A stretch of DNA of 63,491 nucleotides, counting the filler, from Lenisia limosa (lineage: Eukaryota; Protista; Breviatea): NCBI GenBank assembly GCA_001655205.1. It is 16 parts of 16 records of this genome, joined end to end, with 100 filler letters (N's around TTAATTAATTAA, not from the genome) between each part and the next. Parts side by side here need not be neighbours in the genome. Positions count along the whole stretch, not along the records: positions 60,205 to 61,231 come from LPNZ01001505.1; positions 61,332 to 63,491 come from LPNZ01003180.1; 14 more parts are not named here. One strand, 5' to 3'. Position 1 is the first letter of the stretch. Each line of letters starts with the position of its first letter. The translations under genes and the position numbers were made by a program. Shown in pieces: positions 60,317 to 63,491 of the stretch. The notes under the pieces were generated by a model. The model made no database searches, was not told the DNA's origin, and was given only the letters and a program-made list of their open reading frames with translations.

Positions 60317-60697
60317 CGAAATAGTGGCCTGGGGAGTAGCAGTTCCCAAACGAATGAGCACGTCTGTGGGGTCAAAAGGAAGGAAGAAAATGTCAAAGAA
60401 ATAGACAAACCAATAAAATGATCCACAATGAAGGAGACAACCCAATAAAATGATCAATGAAACTTAGTTTTCCAAATGAGGATGGAAAGATTACGGAAAT
60501 GTTAGATGAGGGGGGTGGTGGGTTAATTGCTTCAAGAAAATGATGGTGATAGAGGGAAGGAACAAAAATAATGACAAAAAGGGAAGGAAAAATGGCATAA
60601 AGTAAAAAAAAAGAAATATCCATTTTGACCAACCTTTGTTGTTGGTGGTCATGCTCCACGAAACGGCTCCGAATTCGTTTAAAGCCGTCTCTTCGTT
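60317..60697 (-). CDS. Two short exons of an unidentified gene
   Basis: AG/GT-bounded open segments NEETALNEFGAVS and DVLIRLGTATPQATIS. Confidence 0.35.
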
Positions 60698-60752
60698 CTA
60701 AAAATATTTATAAAATCAATATGCATATTTTTTCTCTTGTCAAAAAAGCAAA

Positions 60753-60850
60753 TAAAGCTTCACTTTCGGTTCTGAAACACCTGTAAAATATCGATATTTA
60801 TCGAGGATTAAGGATTCAGTCTCTTTTGGAACCGAAAATGAAGCTCTTTA
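60753..60850. mobile_element. Family A MITE (degenerate)
   Basis: TAAAGCTTCACTTTCGGTTC...GAACCGAAAATGAAGCTCTTTA with the shared core. Confidence 0.78.
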
Positions 60851-61157
60851 AAACAAATCAAAGAATAATGAAGTATCCCCATGTATTTATTTGTTTCCCG
60901 AGATTTCTAATGTAGTATAATATTTCTCTTGTACCAAAAAAATACCGTTGAGACTGAGAAGACGGCAAAAGACGTTTCCTCATCTTCCAAAATCTAAAAG
61001 TCAATAATAAAAAAAAATCTTCGGATATCCATAAAATGACATGGGATTCCCATGTACATCCACAAACCGCCCATAACATCTCATAACATCCCATCCAAAA
61101 GAATTGATACTATCCAAAATCGCCAACTACTTTCCACAACAGTGAATATTACGGCGA

Positions 61158-61231
61158 AACAATCAATAATATCCCAAAACAATCAATAATATCCCAAAAC
61201 AATAAAGAATATCCCAAAACAATCAAGAATA
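61158..61231. repeat. 20-bp tandem repeat (AAACAATCAATAATATCCCA-like) about x4
   Basis: Direct inspection. Confidence 0.9.
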
Positions 61232-61691
61232 NNNNNNNNNNNNNNNNNNNNNNNNNNNNNNNNNNNNNNNNNNNNTTAATTAATTAANNNNNNNNNNNNN
61301 NNNNNNNNNNNNNNNNNNNNNNNNNNNNNNNTATTGTGGATGTACATTTTTTGATATACTTTCCGATATACTATTATTTGATATGATGGATAAAAATGAT
61401 GATAACTTGCATTAGACAATGAAAGAATAAATTGGGACAATCCGATCATGATGAATAGGAACTAGATAAGAAAAATGACAAAAGCAATACATGAAAGCTG
61501 TATGATTTCCCCTTGATCATTACATGAAGGACATAAGACAAAACAATTAGACAATCAAAAAAACAAGATGGACCTTATTCACAATTTCCCTTGATCATAA
61601 ATATGAACAGTACATAATAATCTGCATGACTTCCCTTGATCATATAAAATGAAAAAAATAAGACAAACAAAAGGAGCTACACAAGTGGCAC

Positions 61692-63491
61692 GATTTCCCT
61701 TGAGCCGACAATGACGGTGACTGACACGTCATTTTCAGGCCCAATAGCACCTTGAGTGTCTTTCTGGCAGGGGGGGGGGGGGGGNNNNNNNNNNNNNNNN
61801 NNNNNNNNNNNNNNNNNNNNNNNNNNNNNNNNNNNNNNNNNNNNNNNNNNNNNNNNNNNNNNNNNNNNNNNNNNNNNNNNNNNNNNNNNNATGAAACTGA
61901 GATGAGGCAAAAGAAAAAAAAGAAGAAGCTGTCTCTGGGGAGCGAGGGAAATGCGAAGGAAAAACAAATTAGTGTCTTTTTCTGGGGGAAGGAAGAAAGA
62001 GATCATATTCGCCCCTACACTTCGGCCAATCGACTTGGAATTCCCTTGTATTATTTGGATAAAAAATTTTCTTCCGATTTCCATATACTTAATCCCATGT
62101 CAATGCGTCCATAGTTTAGTCTCTCTTCTGTATAGCCCCCCATATAGTACTCCCATACCATTACAGGCCCCATGTTAAAGAGGTCTTGGGGCTCGGCTGT
62201 TCCGGCAACCACCCGGCACTATGATGTCATTTTGAAATGTTATAAAAAAGTAATAAAAAGTCATAGGGGGGACCTCCGCTCGTAAGCAAGTGGATAATCA
62301 CCCTTGATATATATTTGATATGCTAAAACATACCCCCATTATCCATTTACTCCATCTTCCCCGCTTACGTAAGCAAGACGATCATCACCCTTGATGTAGT
62401 TGGCGTTAACGGAATTTGCTCCAGAAAGTGTGTTCATCCAATTGGAGCCGTAGAGCAGTTGCTGAGTGGTGAGTAGGGTTTCACTTCGGTCCGAAAAAGG
62501 TCGGTAAACTATCGAAACATGTCGATGATTTATCGAGAAATTCAGCCATTGATGAATCACAGTGAAGCCCCAGGGATGCGGGGCTATGTTGTTTATAATC
62601 TTTAGAGGATGAGGAATGGGTAAAACAGAATATCCCACCCCCCAACATTGTTACCGGACTGGGGGGCAGTGGTGACAGTCCACAAGTGCAGCAAGACGCC
62701 GTTCATGTACAGAGAAATCTGAATGTGTTATTATAAAGCTTGGTTATAATGAAATGTGGCTAGGTTATAATGAAATCTAAATATAGCTATGTCACTGATA
62801 AGCTGAGTCCAATCTTAGCAAGTTACTAAAGCTGGGTCATTACAGTGTTATTGTAAAGCTGGGTCATTAGTCAGTAGAACCCACCGTTTGCCCGTCAATT
62901 TGAATTATGCCATGGGTCCATGTATCCAGATAGGCAATATCTAAAAAATAAGTATCCAAATTAGGCATTACATAAAAATAATAAGCAGCAAAAAATAATA
63001 TCTGGGGAATAAGTACCTAGTTTATGGTATCCCTATGTATTTATTTGTTACCTTTGATTTCAAATATATGAGATATATATTATTTCTCTTGTTCAAAAAA
63101 AAGAGACAATATCTCAATAATAAGCATCTAAATACTATCTCCCCCAAGATATGATATATTATATATACTATATATTTCGCCCCACAAGACCGACCGCAGG
63201 AAGCAGAGCTGGTGTAATAATCATCGGCGGAATAGAGCTGAAAAGTTCCCTAAATACGTGAGCTAAACCACAATGTGCCCTAAATCTGATTGATAAACTG
63301 CGCTGTATTACATAGTATGATATAGTCATATATCATATGATATGATACAATATAAAAAAAAATTCAGCCCTATGATTAGTTTTCGATCCCCCCAACACCA
63401 CCGCCCATCAACATAAGATGAACACAAGCCCACCGCCTGGCATCTGATGATGAAGTTGAATTTGTACGATGACGACCGCGACGAGAAATAT
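61692..63491 (-). CDS. LamG/concanavalin-like domain protein fragment (exon phases partly uncertain)
   Basis: In-phase exons DTWTHGIIQIDGQT + ISLYMNGVLL fit the LamG WxH..DG..LYxNG motif. Confidence 0.6.
62474..62572. mobile_element. Family A MITE lying just inside a minus-strand 3' splice site
   Basis: TAGGGTTTCACTTCGGTCCG...core...AGTGAAGCCCCA. Confidence 0.8.

Noticed and set aside
29960-61287. TTAATTAATTAA motif recurring 15 times
   Set aside because: Always embedded in identical N runs; it is an artificial six-frame-stop contig linker

Overview
Draft-assembly DNA from an intron-rich, flagellated eukaryote (it contains an axonemal outer-arm dynein exon set). It uses the standard genetic code; I found no rRNA, tRNA or CRISPR. 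Positions 1-29915 are one scaffold (internal N gaps beside G/C runs) with tightly packed multi-exon genes: UGDH, NPRL2, a Lys/Glu-rich hypothetical, FIBP, PBDC1, a large ankyrin-repeat protein, a USP12/46-like protease, a TMCO6/importin-alpha-like ARM protein and VPS29. From 29916 on, short contigs are joined by 15 artificial N-TTAATTAATTAA-N linkers, so order and orientation across them are not evidence. These contigs carry fragments of a Cys-rich membrane protein, a cyclic-nucleotide PDE, a SAPS-like protein, a WDR1/AIP1-like propeller, DDX46, dynein HC, a talin/vinculin-like helical protein, an FG-GAP protein, CAND1 and a LamG protein. The most notable signal is in the introns. (i) Two interspersed families (E, F) recur as the 3' ends of unrelated introns. 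E also appears inverted directly at GT donors, so one element end appears to supply both G-run donors and C-run acceptors (Introner-like candidate). (ii) A ~99-bp hAT-type MITE (A) has 8-bp TSDs and more than 20 copies or fragments. (iii) A ~130-150-bp non-TIR repeat (D) has conserved hairpins, a cUUCGg loop and a possible pseudoknot. (iv) Several 3' splice sites are tandemly duplicated. All gene models were spliced and translated by eye; homology calls come from remembered family motifs, not database searches, and coordinates of degenerate repeats are approximate.
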